NCBI RefSeq assembly: GCF_022985615.1
Contig: NZ_CP094965.1
Location: 1-32,000, forward strand
DNA length: 32,000 nt
Direction of reading: 5' to 3'
Source: Candidatus Karelsulcia muelleri
GTDB lineage: Bacteria; Bacteroidota; Bacteroidia; Flavobacteriales; Blattabacteriaceae
Shown here: positions 9,829 to 19,336 of the stretch, in pieces
Position numbering within the stretch: the stretch's first letter is position 1
How the letters are laid out: every line of letters begins with the position of its first letter
Position numbers and translations under genes: made by a program
Notes under the pieces: generated by a model
What the model was told of the DNA's origin: nothing
The model's database searches: none
What the model saw: the letters and a program-made list of their open reading frames with translations, nothing else

Positions 9829-9901
9829 AGCGGGGTAGAGCAAATGGTAGCTCGTCGGGCTCATAACCCGGAGCGAATAGGTTCAAATCCTATCCCCGCA
9901 A
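9829..9901 (+). tRNA. tRNA-fMet (CAT), initiator type with A1:A72 mismatch
   Basis: Cloverleaf AGCGGGG TA GAGC AAATGGTA GCTC G TCGGG CTCATAA CCCGG AGCGA ATAGG TTCAAAT CCTAT CCCCGCA A; three consecutive G:C pairs at the anticodon loop. Confidence 0.93.
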
Positions 9902-10024
9902 CATTTAAGAGAATAATCAAAAATAAGGAACTAATAGAAGTATAATTATTAGAATTAATTATAATTATAATTATATTCTTCTTCTTCTTCTTCTTATTGT
10001 AAATAGACTTATGTTTTAACAAAT

Positions 10025-11398
10025 ATGAGTAATTTTTTAAAAAAGAAGAAAGAAATTATTCCACAACCACCACAAGCATTAAATTTAGAAGAAGCAGTAA
10101 TCGGGGGTATTTTAAGAGATCAAAACTGTTTAGACGAGATAATTGATATCATCTCTCCAGATATTTTTTATAAAAAAAAACATAAAGAAATTATTAAAGT
10201 AATAATTAAATTATATAATTCATATGAGCCTATAGATATATATACAGTTTATAATGAATTAAAAAAAAATAGGAAATTAGAAATAGTTGGAGGGGAGTTT
10301 TATTTAACACAATTAACACAAAGAATAGCATCTCCAGCTCATATAGAGTTTCATAGTAAAATTCTAAAAGATAAATTTCTTTTAAGAAAATTAATAGAAA
10401 CTTCTTCTGAGATTATTAAATTATCTTATGAAGAAAAAAGTGATGTGTTTAAATTATTAGATTATGCTGAAAGAAGATTATTCGAAATTAATAATAAAAC
10501 TAATATCAAAGACAACACAAAATCTATAACCGATTTATTAAATAATACAATAAAAAATATGAAAGATAATAAAGGTAAATTAAGTGGAATTCCTTCTGGT
10601 TTTAAATGTCTTGATCAAGTTACTTGCGGTTGGCAAAAATCAGAATTAACAATTATTGCAGCTCGACCTGGTATGGGAAAGACATCTTTTGCTTTATCAA
10701 TGGCTCGAAATATAGTTATTAATTTTAAAATACCAACTTTAATTTTATCATTAGAAATGTCTTCTGTTCAACTAGTAACTAGATTAATTTCTTCAGAAAC
10801 AGGTATTCCATCAGATAGATTAAAAATGTCTGATTTATCTAAATTAGAATGGGATCTTGTAAAAAGTAAAATAAAAGTATTAGGAGAATCTCCATTATTT
10901 ATAGATGATACTCATCATTTATCTATATTTGAATTACGTTCAAAATGTAGAAGAGAAATTTTAAGAAATAAAATAAAATTAGTCATTATAGATTATTTAC
11001 AATTAATGAATTATGGTAAACTAGAAAATAAAAATCTTCAAAGAGAACAAGAAGTATCCTATATTTCTAGAAATTTGAAAGCTATTTCTAAAGAGTTTAA
11101 TATTCCTATCATAGCTTTATCTCAATTATCTAGAGCAGTTGAAATTAGAGGAGGTAGAAAAAGACCAATTCTTTCAGATTTACGAGAATCAGGAGCATTA
11201 GAGCAAGATGCAGATATTGTAGCTTTTATTTATCGACCAGAATATTATGGATTTACTAATTGGGATACTGGAAATAGAGAAGAATGTCAAGGAGAAGCTG
11301 AAATAATAATAGCAAAAAATAGAAATGGAAAAATCGATAATATAAGAATGAAATTTTCTCAGGATAAAATTAAATTTGTCGAGATAGATAATGTATAA
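10025..11398 (+). CDS. dnaB: Replicative DNA helicase DnaB (intein-free)
   Basis: LIIAARPGMGKTSFALSMARN, SLEMSSVQLVTRLISSETGI, VIIDYLQLM, LSQLSRAVEIRGGRKRPILSDLRESGALEQDADIVAFIYRPEYY. Confidence 0.96.
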   Translation: MSNFLKKKKEIIPQPPQALNLEEAVIGGILRDQNCLDEIIDIISPDIFYKKKHKEIIKVIIKLYNSYEPIDIYTVYNELKKNRKLEIVGGEFYLTQLTQRIASPAHIEFHSKILKDKFLLRKLIETSSEIIKLSYEEKSDVFKLLDYAERRLFEINNKTNIKDNTKSITDLLNNTIKNMKDNKGKLSGIPSGFKCLDQVTCGWQKSELTIIAARPGMGKTSFALSMARNIVINFKIPTLILSLEMSSVQLVTRLISSETGIPSDRLKMSDLSKLEWDLVKSKIKVLGESPLFIDDTHHLSIFELRSKCRREILRNKIKLVIIDYLQLMNYGKLENKNLQREQEVSYISRNLKAISKEFNIPIIALSQLSRAVEIRGGRKRPILSDLRESGALEQDADIVAFIYRPEYYGFTNWDTGNREECQGEAEIIIAKNRNGKIDNIRMKFSQDKIKFVEIDNV

Positions 11399-11447
11399 GA
11401 TAATGTATAAATTAAATTTACAACAATGTATAAATTAAATTTACAAC
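11387..11447. repeat. Tandem duplications seeded at the dnaB 3' end: 12 bp x2 and 23 bp x2
   Basis: gataatgtataa at 11387-11398 and 11399-11410; aatgtataaattaaatttacaac at 11402-11424 and 11425-11447. Confidence 0.92.
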
Positions 11448-12252
11448 AAACTCAGAATATTTATTTTTTAAAATTTTAAATTATGATTCCTTCTTAAATA
11501 ATATCTTTATAGATTATATCAAACAATCTAGCGATTATTTTAGTATAAAAAATAATGGGAATATCTTAGTAAAAAATCTTAAATTAACACCTATATATAT
11601 AACTTATATAAGAAACAATTGTTTGAATATTAAATATATCTCTCAATCTGGGTTTATCTTTATTAAGAAAGGAGTGGATAGAAATCGAAAGTATTTATTA
11701 TATAAAAAAATATTTATATATAATAATAAAGGGAATCTAATTCCAGGGGTATTAATTCCTACTAAAAAAAAACAAATGAAAATAGATATTGGAACTAAAG
11801 ATTTAAAAGAAGTATATTCTTTAGGTATTAATTTAGGAGCTAAAGTAGTATTACAAGAAGATTTTTCAATATTTAATAAATATTTATTAAGTAATGAAAT
11901 TACCAATAAAATTGGTTTATTTATTCTTTGGGAGCTTCTAAGTTTAAAAAACAAAAGAAAAATAAATTTTATGCTTATAAAAGATAAAAATACTAAATTA
12001 TACTTCATGAATTACTTAAGTTTTTTAAGAAATAACAAATTAAAAATTATCGATTTGTTTCTCAAAAAACCTCTAGGTTGTGAATTAATAGATTGTTGTA
12101 AAACAAATCATATAAAGATTCAAATCTTGAAAACAATAAAAAAGATACATTATATTATAAATATAAATATCAAATATTTAAAAACCCCAATAGAAATGAT
12201 TTTAAAGTCAGAAATAGAAAAAATAATTAATTTAATAATTATATTAATATAA
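11434..12252 (+). pseudogene. Degenerate M42-type (glutamyl/deblocking) aminopeptidase-like ORF lacking metal ligands and a normal start codon
   Basis: Frame is open from 11434; IFIYNNKGNLIPGVL...KIDIGTKDLKEVYSLGINLGAKVVLQEDF resembles the M42 'IDIGAKSREEAEELGVRPGDPVVFDREF' region; the region matching the AHxDE motif reads YIRNN. Confidence 0.6.
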
Positions 12253-12402
12253 TATAATATGTTTCTATTCTTCTTATTATTATTATTCTTATTATTCTTA
12301 TTAGAGTTAAAATTCCAATTCTAGTTATAATTCTAATTAATTATTATAATTATAATTATAATTACTTTTAATTCTAATAAGTAGACTTATTCTAAAAAAA
12401 AA

Positions 12403-12516
12403 GGTTAAGGTTAAGGTTAAGGTTAAGGTTAAGGTTAAGGTTAAGGTTAAGGTTAAGGTTAAGGTTAAGGTTAAGGTTAAGGTTAAGGTTAAGGTTAAGG
12501 TTAAGGTTAAGGTTAA
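12403..12516 (+). repeat. (GGTTAA)x19 perfect hexanucleotide array
   Basis: 114 bp of uninterrupted ggttaa units. Confidence 0.97.
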
Positions 12517-12690
<174 letters not shown>

Positions 12691-14046
12691 ATGTTTAATA
12701 TAGATAATAACGATACTATAACAGCTATAGCAACTCCACTTGGAGTAGGTGCTCTAGCTGTTATAAGAATTTCAGGACAATTAAGTTTTAAGATAATTGA
12801 TTTCATATTTAAACCAAAAATAAAAAATATAAAAAGCAGAAGAATATATTTGGGTTATATATATTCAAAAAATACTTTAATTGATAAAGTATTAATAAAT
12901 ATATTCAAATCCCCAAATTCATATACTGGAGAAGATATAATAGAAATATCTTGTCATGGATCTATATATATTCAAAATAAAATCTTAGATTTAATAATAA
13001 ATAATGGAGCTAGATTAGCTACTCGGGGTGAATTTACGTTTAGGGCATTTAAAAACGGAAAATTAGACCTTTATCAGGTAGAATCATTATTAGAATTATT
13101 TCATTCAGAGAATGAATTAGACCATAACTTAGCCTTAAATAATTTCAGAGGAAAGGTCTCTATAATTATAAAAAAGATAAGAAAAAAAATATTAACTCTA
13201 AATACTATTCTTGAATTTTGTATAGATTTTTCAGAGGAAGATATTAATAAAAAACATCTACTAGCTTTTAAGAAATTATTATTAAATCTAATAACCAAGA
13301 TTAAAGATTTAATTAATTCATTTAAATTAGGGCTTTTTTTTAAAAAAGGGATTGCTATAGCAATAATTGGTAAACCTAATGTTGGCAAATCTACATTATT
13401 TAATTTTTTATTAAAATCTGATAGATCAATAGTATCTAATAAATCTGGTACTACCATAAACTATATTGAAGAAAATCTCTATATAGATGGTATCAAATAT
13501 AGATTAATTGATAATGCTGGCATTAAAAAAAATACTCTAAATAAATTAGAATTAAAAGGAATAAAAAAAACAATTGAAAACATAAAAAAATCCGATATTA
13601 TAATGTATATAACTAATAATATAAATACTAAATATCTACATTTACAAAAATATTATAAATATTTCTTTAAAAAAGAAATAATATTTATTATTAACAAATG
13701 TGATTTGTTAAAAAAAAAAATAAAGATACAATCTAGTCCAATACTAATATCAGCAAAGTATGGAATTGGAATAAATTATTTATTAAATAAACTTAAAACT
13801 CTTAGTGAAAGATTTCTAAAAAATAATAATAAAACAATAATTACAAATGTTAGACATTACGAAGAATTAAAAAAAGCTTTATTTAAATTAAATAAAATTA
13901 AAGACCATATTCAAATAGGGATTGAACCTGAAATTTTATCTCTTCTATTAAAAGAAGCTAATTATAGTTTAGAGAAAATAATTGGGACTATAACTAATGA
14001 AGAAATATTAGTTAATATTTTTGATAGGTTTTGTATAGGAAAATAA
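12691..14046 (+). CDS. mnmE: tRNA modification GTPase MnmE (TrmE)
   Basis: DTITAIATPLGVGALAVIRISG, YTGEDIIEISCHG, GKPNVGKSTLFN, C-terminal FDRFCIGK. Confidence 0.95.
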   Translation: MFNIDNNDTITAIATPLGVGALAVIRISGQLSFKIIDFIFKPKIKNIKSRRIYLGYIYSKNTLIDKVLINIFKSPNSYTGEDIIEISCHGSIYIQNKILDLIINNGARLATRGEFTFRAFKNGKLDLYQVESLLELFHSENELDHNLALNNFRGKVSIIIKKIRKKILTLNTILEFCIDFSEEDINKKHLLAFKKLLLNLITKIKDLINSFKLGLFFKKGIAIAIIGKPNVGKSTLFNFLLKSDRSIVSNKSGTTINYIEENLYIDGIKYRLIDNAGIKKNTLNKLELKGIKKTIENIKKSDIIMYITNNINTKYLHLQKYYKYFFKKEIIFIINKCDLLKKKIKIQSSPILISAKYGIGINYLLNKLKTLSERFLKNNNKTIITNVRHYEELKKALFKLNKIKDHIQIGIEPEILSLLLKEANYSLEKIIGTITNEEILVNIFDRFCIGK

Positions 14047-14121
14047 GGGTGATTAGCTCAGTTGGTTCAGAGCATTTGCCTTACAAGCAAAGGGTCACTG
14101 GTTCGACTCCAGTATCACCCA
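14047..14121 (+). tRNA. tRNA-Val (TAC)
   Basis: GGGTGAT TA GCTC...GAGC A TTTGC CTTACAA GCAAA GGGTC ACTGG TTCGACT CCAGT ATCACCC A; abuts the mnmE stop codon with no spacer. Confidence 0.95.
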
Positions 14122-14167
14122 AATAAATGTATCATCACCCAAATGTATCATGTTCACCCAAATAATG
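14115..14167. repeat. Degenerate tandem copies of the tRNA-Val 3' end (CACCCAAAT...AATG)
   Basis: atcacccaaataaatgtatcatcacccaaatgtatcatgttcacccaaataatg. Confidence 0.8.
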
Positions 14168-14168
14168 T

Positions 14169-17100
14169 TTGTTTATGTTTTTAATATTCAATATAGAATT
14201 TTATAAATATAATATAATTAACAGATTATCCTGGATAATCTATAGTCTAGATTTTAAGATCTTAGAATTTAAATCTAAATTCAGAGGGAAGTCTCTAAAG
14301 AAGTATCTTATTAAATTTCTTGATCACATAAAAATAAGTAAAGTAATTATTGGTTATAATATTTATTTATTATTACAATTCCTGAACCAATTCAGAAATA
14401 AGGAATTATTTCTTAATGATAATCTATTAAGAGATACTATATTAAAGAATAAATATATTATTGATCTACAAAGTCTTTCCATAAGGCTTTTTAGTATTTA
14501 CAATAATAAGATTAGATGGCCTAAATTATCTGAAATTTATAATTTACTATTTAAATCATCACTAATAACTGGAGTACTAATAACTGCTAAATGTTTTTTT
14601 AAATTAATTCTTAATCAGACAAGATATATAAAAAAAATACAATTGTCAGAACAACAACCAACATCAACTAAAAATTTTATATTAGCTAAAAAATATACAA
14701 GTAATAATATTAATATTAAAAAATATTATTATCATATACATAATCATTCATCGTATTCGATATTAAATTCTAGTATAGATATAGATTCTTTAGTAAGAAA
14801 AATAGTGAAATATAAGATGCAAGCTATTGGTTTAACTGATTATGGAAATATGATGGGGGTAGTACAATTTATAAACACTATAGAAAATTATAATAAAATC
14901 TTTAATTTAAACATTAAACCTATAATTGGATGTGAATTTTATATATATAATAAAGATCAAGAGAAAGAAGATCATAATAAAGAGAAGGATAAATATCATC
15001 ATCAAGTTTTAATAGCTAAAAATTTAAAAGGTTATTACAATCTAGTTAAGTTATGTTCTTTAAGTTATATAGAAGGCTATTCTGTAGGTCGACCTACAAT
15101 AAATATTAATTTAATTAAACAATATAAAGCTAACTTAATAGCTTTAAGTAGTGATAGCAGGTCTGAAATTTCTTTTTTTATTAAAAATAAGTATCTTGAA
15201 GCAGCCGAGAATAAAATTAAATGGTGGTTCAAAGAATTTGGTAAGGATTTTTATATAGAAATTTTTAGACATGGCTTAGAAGTCGAAAATGAAATTAATA
15301 AAATTTTATTAAAGTTTTCTAATATATATAATATACCTTATATTATACAAAATAATAATTTTTATCTAAATAAAAAAGAAGCTGAAGTTCAAGATATTTT
15401 ACTATGTCTTAAATATGGAGAAAAACCGGGAATGAGAATTGGATTAACGAGTCAAGAACATTATGTAAAATCCAAATCATTAATGTATGATTTATTTTCT
15501 AATTTTCCAGAAGGTTTCAAAAACTTGAATGAACTTTTTACAAAGATTGAAGGCTTTAAAATTGCAGAAAGTAGAAATTTTCCAAAATATTATTTTCATA
15601 ATCTTAAATATCATTATAATAATACATTAAAAGAAAATATAGAATATTTTGAAAATAAATATTTAAAAGAACTCACTCTAAAAAAGGTTAAAGCTAAATT
15701 AAAAGTAGCTAAATTAAAAGTAGCTAAATTAAAAGTTGTAACTACTAAAATAAAAACTCGTTTAGATTTTGAATTGAGAATTATAGAAAGAATAAATTAT
15801 CCTGGATATTTTTTAATTGTAAGAGATATTATAAAAAAAGCTAGAAAAATAGGAATATTGGTTGGTCCAGGAAGAGGTTCTGTAGTTGGGTCTTTAGTGG
15901 CTTATTGCTTAGATATAACTAGAGTACATCCAGTTAAATACAATTTACTTTTTGAAAGATTTTTAAATAAAAGTCGCTTAATTTTACCTGATATTGATAT
16001 AGATTTTGATGATAAAGGAAGAGAGCAAATAATTAAATGGTTAATTAATAAATATAGTGGAATTAAAGTGTCTCAAATAATAACTTATGGAACTTTAGGA
16101 GCAAAATCAGCTTTTAGAGATGCTGCAAGAGTATTAAATTATCCTTTTCAAGAAATAAATACCCTGTCAAAATTAATGCCGAATTTTAGTTTGGAATTTT
16201 TATTTCGAACAAAAAATAAAGACTTAATAAGTCTATTAAATAATAGAGAGTATAATAATCTTTTATTAATAAAAAAAGAAATTAAAAAAAATAAATGTTT
16301 AAAAAAAATATTCGATCTAGCTATGAAAATAGAAGGAAATATAAGAACATTTGGAATACATGCTTGTGGTATTTTAATTACTCAATATGATATTCGGGAA
16401 TATTTACCAATTATTTGTTCTAAATATTCTAATTGTTTAGTAACTCAGTATGATAATAAAATAATAGAAAAAATAGGACTATTAAAAATAGATTTCTTAG
16501 GGTTAAAAACTTTAAGTATAATAAAAGATGCTTTAAAGATAATTAATAAAAAGAAATATAATATATACGATATAAATAATATTCCTCTTACAGATGAAAA
16601 AACTTTATCCTTATTTAAAAGTGGAAAAACAACAGCAGTGTTTCAATATGAATCATCAGGAATCCAAAAAAATTTAAAGAAATTAAAGCCAAGGAATTTT
16701 GAGGATTTAATAATAATGACTGCTTTGTATCGTCCTGGTCCCTTGAAAAACTTATATAATTATATAGATAGAAAAAACGGAATACAACCAGTTATATATG
16801 AATTAGCAGAATTAGAAGAATATTTAAAGGAAACTAAAGGTATAATTATTTATCAAGAACAAGTAATGCTTATAACACAAAAAGTTTCCAATTTTAATAA
16901 AGCTGAAGCTGATATCTTAAGACAAGCAATTTCTAAAAAAAATAAAGATCTATTAGATTCAATGAAAGCTAGATTTATAGAAGGAGGAATTAAAAAAGGT
17001 CATTTTAAACAGATATTATATAATATTTGGGATGCTTGGGAAAATTTTGCATCTTATGCATTTAATAAATCTCATTCAGCAAGTTATACTTTTTTATCAT

Positions 17101-18068
17101 TTCAAACAGGTTATTTGAAGAGTCATTTCCCGGTTGAATATATGTCATCTGTTTTAAGTCATAACATGCAAAATATAAAAGAAATTTCTTTATTAATAAA
17201 AGAGTGTAAAAGGATGGGATTCAAAATTTTAATACCGAATATAAATTTAAGCAATTATAAATTTGGAGTAAGTAAAAAAAAATCCATAAGATATGGATTA
17301 GGTGCGATTAAAGGAATAGGAAAGACTTCTATAAAAAATATTTTAAAATATAGAAAAAAAAGAAAAAAATTTACTTCAATTTTCAATCTTGTAAAATCTG
17401 TTAATTTAAGATTAGTTAACAAAAAAGTCTTAGAAAATTTAGTTCTTTCTGGTGCCTTGGATGTCTTCAAAGAAATTCATAGAGCACAGTATTTTGTAAA
17501 AGATAAAAAAAATCATAGTAATATGATTGAAAAAATAATAAAATTTGGTATAAAATACCAAAAGTTAAAGAAACATAGAAAAAGTACATTATTTAATAAT
17601 ATATGTGATATAGATATATTAGAACCTAAGTTTAAAAAATGTAGAAAATGGAATCATTTAGAAAAACTAAATAATGAAAAAGAGGTTTTAGGTTTTTATC
17701 TATTTTCTCATCCCATAGAGAAATATAAAAAAAAGATAAAAAAAATTACCGATTTAAATATAAAAAAGCTAAAACAATTAAATATAAATATAAATATAAA
17801 AAAGCTAAAACCAAGTGAAACTAAATTTACTATTTGTGGAATGGTTTCTCATATAGAAATAAAGAAATCTATAAATAATAGAAAATATTTATTATTTACA
17901 ATTGAGGATCAATCAGATTTTGTAAACTTTTTGTTAATTGGAAAAAAGTATTCTTTTTATAAAAAGAAGATTAAATTAAACAAGGTTTTGATTATAGATT
18001 TAATCATTAAAAAGAATTATTTACAAAAATATTTCTATAAAATAATATCAATACAAAATATTAATTGA
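14169..18068 (+). CDS. dnaE: DNA polymerase III alpha subunit, with an apparently degenerate N-terminal DnaQ-like exonuclease domain
   Basis: PHP YHIHNHSSYSILNSS; PolIIIa motifs GILVGPGRGSVVGSLVAYCLDIT, RPGPLKNLYNYIDRK, YQEQVM, FNKSHSASYTFLSFQTGYLKSHFPVEY, LPDIDIDFDDKGR. Confidence 0.95.
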   Translation: MFMFLIFNIEFYKYNIINRLSWIIYSLDFKILEFKSKFRGKSLKKYLIKFLDHIKISKVIIGYNIYLLLQFLNQFRNKELFLNDNLLRDTILKNKYIIDLQSLSIRLFSIYNNKIRWPKLSEIYNLLFKSSLITGVLITAKCFFKLILNQTRYIKKIQLSEQQPTSTKNFILAKKYTSNNINIKKYYYHIHNHSSYSILNSSIDIDSLVRKIVKYKMQAIGLTDYGNMMGVVQFINTIENYNKIFNLNIKPIIGCEFYIYNKDQEKEDHNKEKDKYHHQVLIAKNLKGYYNLVKLCSLSYIEGYSVGRPTININLIKQYKANLIALSSDSRSEISFFIKNKYLEAAENKIKWWFKEFGKDFYIEIFRHGLEVENEINKILLKFSNIYNIPYIIQNNNFYLNKKEAEVQDILLCLKYGEKPGMRIGLTSQEHYVKSKSLMYDLFSNFPEGFKNLNELFTKIEGFKIAESRNFPKYYFHNLKYHYNNTLKENIEYFENKYLKELTLKKVKAKLKVAKLKVAKLKVVTTKIKTRLDFELRIIERINYPGYFLIVRDIIKKARKIGILVGPGRGSVVGSLVAYCLDITRVHPVKYNLLFERFLNKSRLILPDIDIDFDDKGREQIIKWLINKYSGIKVSQIITYGTLGAKSAFRDAARVLNYPFQEINTLSKLMPNFSLEFLFRTKNKDLISLLNNREYNNLLLIKKEIKKNKCLKKIFDLAMKIEGNIRTFGIHACGILITQYDIREYLPIICSKYSNCLVTQYDNKIIEKIGLLKIDFLGLKTLSIIKDALKIINKKKYNIYDINNIPLTDEKTLSLFKSGKTTAVFQYESSGIQKNLKKLKPRNFEDLIIMTALYRPGPLKNLYNYIDRKNGIQPVIYELAELEEYLKETKGIIIYQEQVMLITQKVSNFNKAEADILRQAISKKNKDLLDSMKARFIEGGIKKGHFKQILYNIWDAWENFASYAFNKSHSASYTFLSFQTGYLKSHFPVEYMSSVLSHNMQNIKEISLLIKECKRMGFKILIPNINLSNYKFGVSKKKSIRYGLGAIKGIGKTSIKNILKYRKKRKKFTSIFNLVKSVNLRLVNKKVLENLVLSGALDVFKEIHRAQYFVKDKKNHSNMIEKIIKFGIKYQKLKKHRKSTLFNNICDIDILEPKFKKCRKWNHLEKLNNEKEVLGFYLFSHPIEKYKKKIKKITDLNIKKLKQLNININIKKLKPSETKFTICGMVSHIEIKKSINNRKYLLFTIEDQSDFVNFLLIGKKYSFYKKKIKLNKVLIIDLIIKKNYLQKYFYKIISIQNIN
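15681..15753 (+). repeat. In-frame 15-bp tandem repeat in dnaE encoding KLKVA units
   Basis: gctaaattaaaagta repeated, giving KVKAKLKVAKLKVAKLKVV. Confidence 0.88.
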
Positions 18069-18129
18069 TATTCTAAAGACTATATAATAATATTATTATT
18101 ATTATTATAATAAAAATACCTAAATATTA

Positions 18130-18203
18130 GGTCTGGTAGTTCAGTAGGTTAGAATATGTGCTTGTCAAGCATGAGGTGACGGGTTCGAAACCCGTTCAGA
18201 CCG
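18130..18203 (+). tRNA. tRNA-Asp (GTC)
   Basis: GGTCTGG TA GTTC...GAAT A TGTGC TTGTCAA GCATG ... ACGGG TTCGAAA CCCGT TCAGACC G. Confidence 0.94.
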
Positions 18204-18208
18204 TTAAA

Positions 18209-18281
18209 TGACTTGACTGGGATTCGAACCCAGGACCCTTACATTAAAAGTGTAATGCTCTACCAACTAAGCTATCAAGCC
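18209..18281 (-). tRNA. tRNA-Lys (TTT)
   Basis: Reverse strand GGCTTGA TA GCTTAGTTGGTAGAGC A TTACA CTTTTAA TGTAA GGGTC CTGGG TTCGAAT CCCAG TCAAGTC A. Confidence 0.94.
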
Positions 18282-18371
18282 TTTATTAAAAGATAATATA
18301 AAAAATCTATGAATATAGATTTAATATTATAAATACTAAATTAGGGCTAATCTTCATATTAAGACATAGCA

Positions 18372-19336
18372 ATGCTAAATTTTAAAATTTTCCTTAAAAA
18401 ACTTAAGGACAAAATTGATTTAAAAAAAAAAAAATATATATAGCAGTAAGTGGTGGAGTCGATAGTTTAGTTTTATTAGATCTTTTTTTTAGAATAAAAG
18501 ATCTTAGAATAAAAGATCTTAAAATAGAAGTACTACATTGTAATTTTAAACTTAGAGGAGCAGAGTCCGAAGAAGAAGAAAATTTAATAAAAAAAATTTG
18601 TAAAAAAAAAAAAATACTTTTACATACTAAAAGTTTTAATATAAGAAAAAAGTCATCTAAGCAAATTTTGGCTAGAAAATTAAGGTATTTATGGTTTAAA
18701 AGAATGTTAAAAACAAATTATTTTAATTATATTGCTTTAGGTCATCATCTTAATGATTCAATAGAGACAATATTTATTAATCTGATCAGAGGTACAGGGA
18801 TAAAAGGGATAAAAGGAATAGGTTTTAAGAAAAAATATTTAATAAGACCTTTATTAGATTTTACTAAAACAGAGATTTTATCTTATGCAAAAACCAAGAA
18901 AATAAGTTGGATAGAAGACAGTAGTAATATAAATGAAAAATTTCTAAGAAATAAAATAAGAAAAATACTTAATAAACTATTAAGTAATGAAGCTTATTTG
19001 GGAATAAAAAAATCTTTTCATATTTTAAAAGATGAATGTTTAATGATTAATAATCATCTAAATATTATTAAAAAATATATTTTTTTAAAAAAAAATATAA
19101 AAGAAAAAACTTTAAGCTTAAAAAACTTATTTAATCTTCATCCCATGAAAATTTATTTATATAAAATCTTAAAAGATTATTATTTTAATAATATTAGAAA
19201 TTTGATGAAAATAATAATTTCTAAATCTGGGAAGAAAATAAATTCAAAAAAATCCTATTTTTCTATAAAAAAAAAAAATAAACAATTAATTTTATATCGA
19301 AATAAAAAATATGAAAAGAAAAATATTTCTAGATAA
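18372..19336 (+). CDS. tilS: tRNA(Ile)-lysidine synthase TilS, frame interrupted by one base at an A13 tract (ORF track shows only 18668..19336)
   Basis: Frame 1 from ATG 18372: MLNFKIFLKKLKDKIDLKKKK; continues in the -1 frame after the poly(A): IYIAVSGGVDSLVLLDLFF...LHCNFKLRGAESEEEE...HHLNDSIETIFINLIRGTGIKGIKGI. Confidence 0.85.
18422..18434 (+). other. A13 homopolymer at the tilS frame break
   Basis: gattt-a(13)-tatatatagcagtaagtggtgg; 14 As would join both frames. Confidence 0.85.

Noticed and set aside
10025-11398. Intein in DnaB
   Set aside because: Walker A and downstream motifs are continuous with normal spacing; length is typical of intein-free DnaB.
12403-12516. Telomere of a linear replicon or host contamination from (GGTTAA)n
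   Set aside because: The array is internal, flanked by bacterial dnaB/M42 remnant and mnmE, and merges gradually into other repeat types just before the mnmE ATG. It does not cap an end. Only a chimeric assembly would change this.
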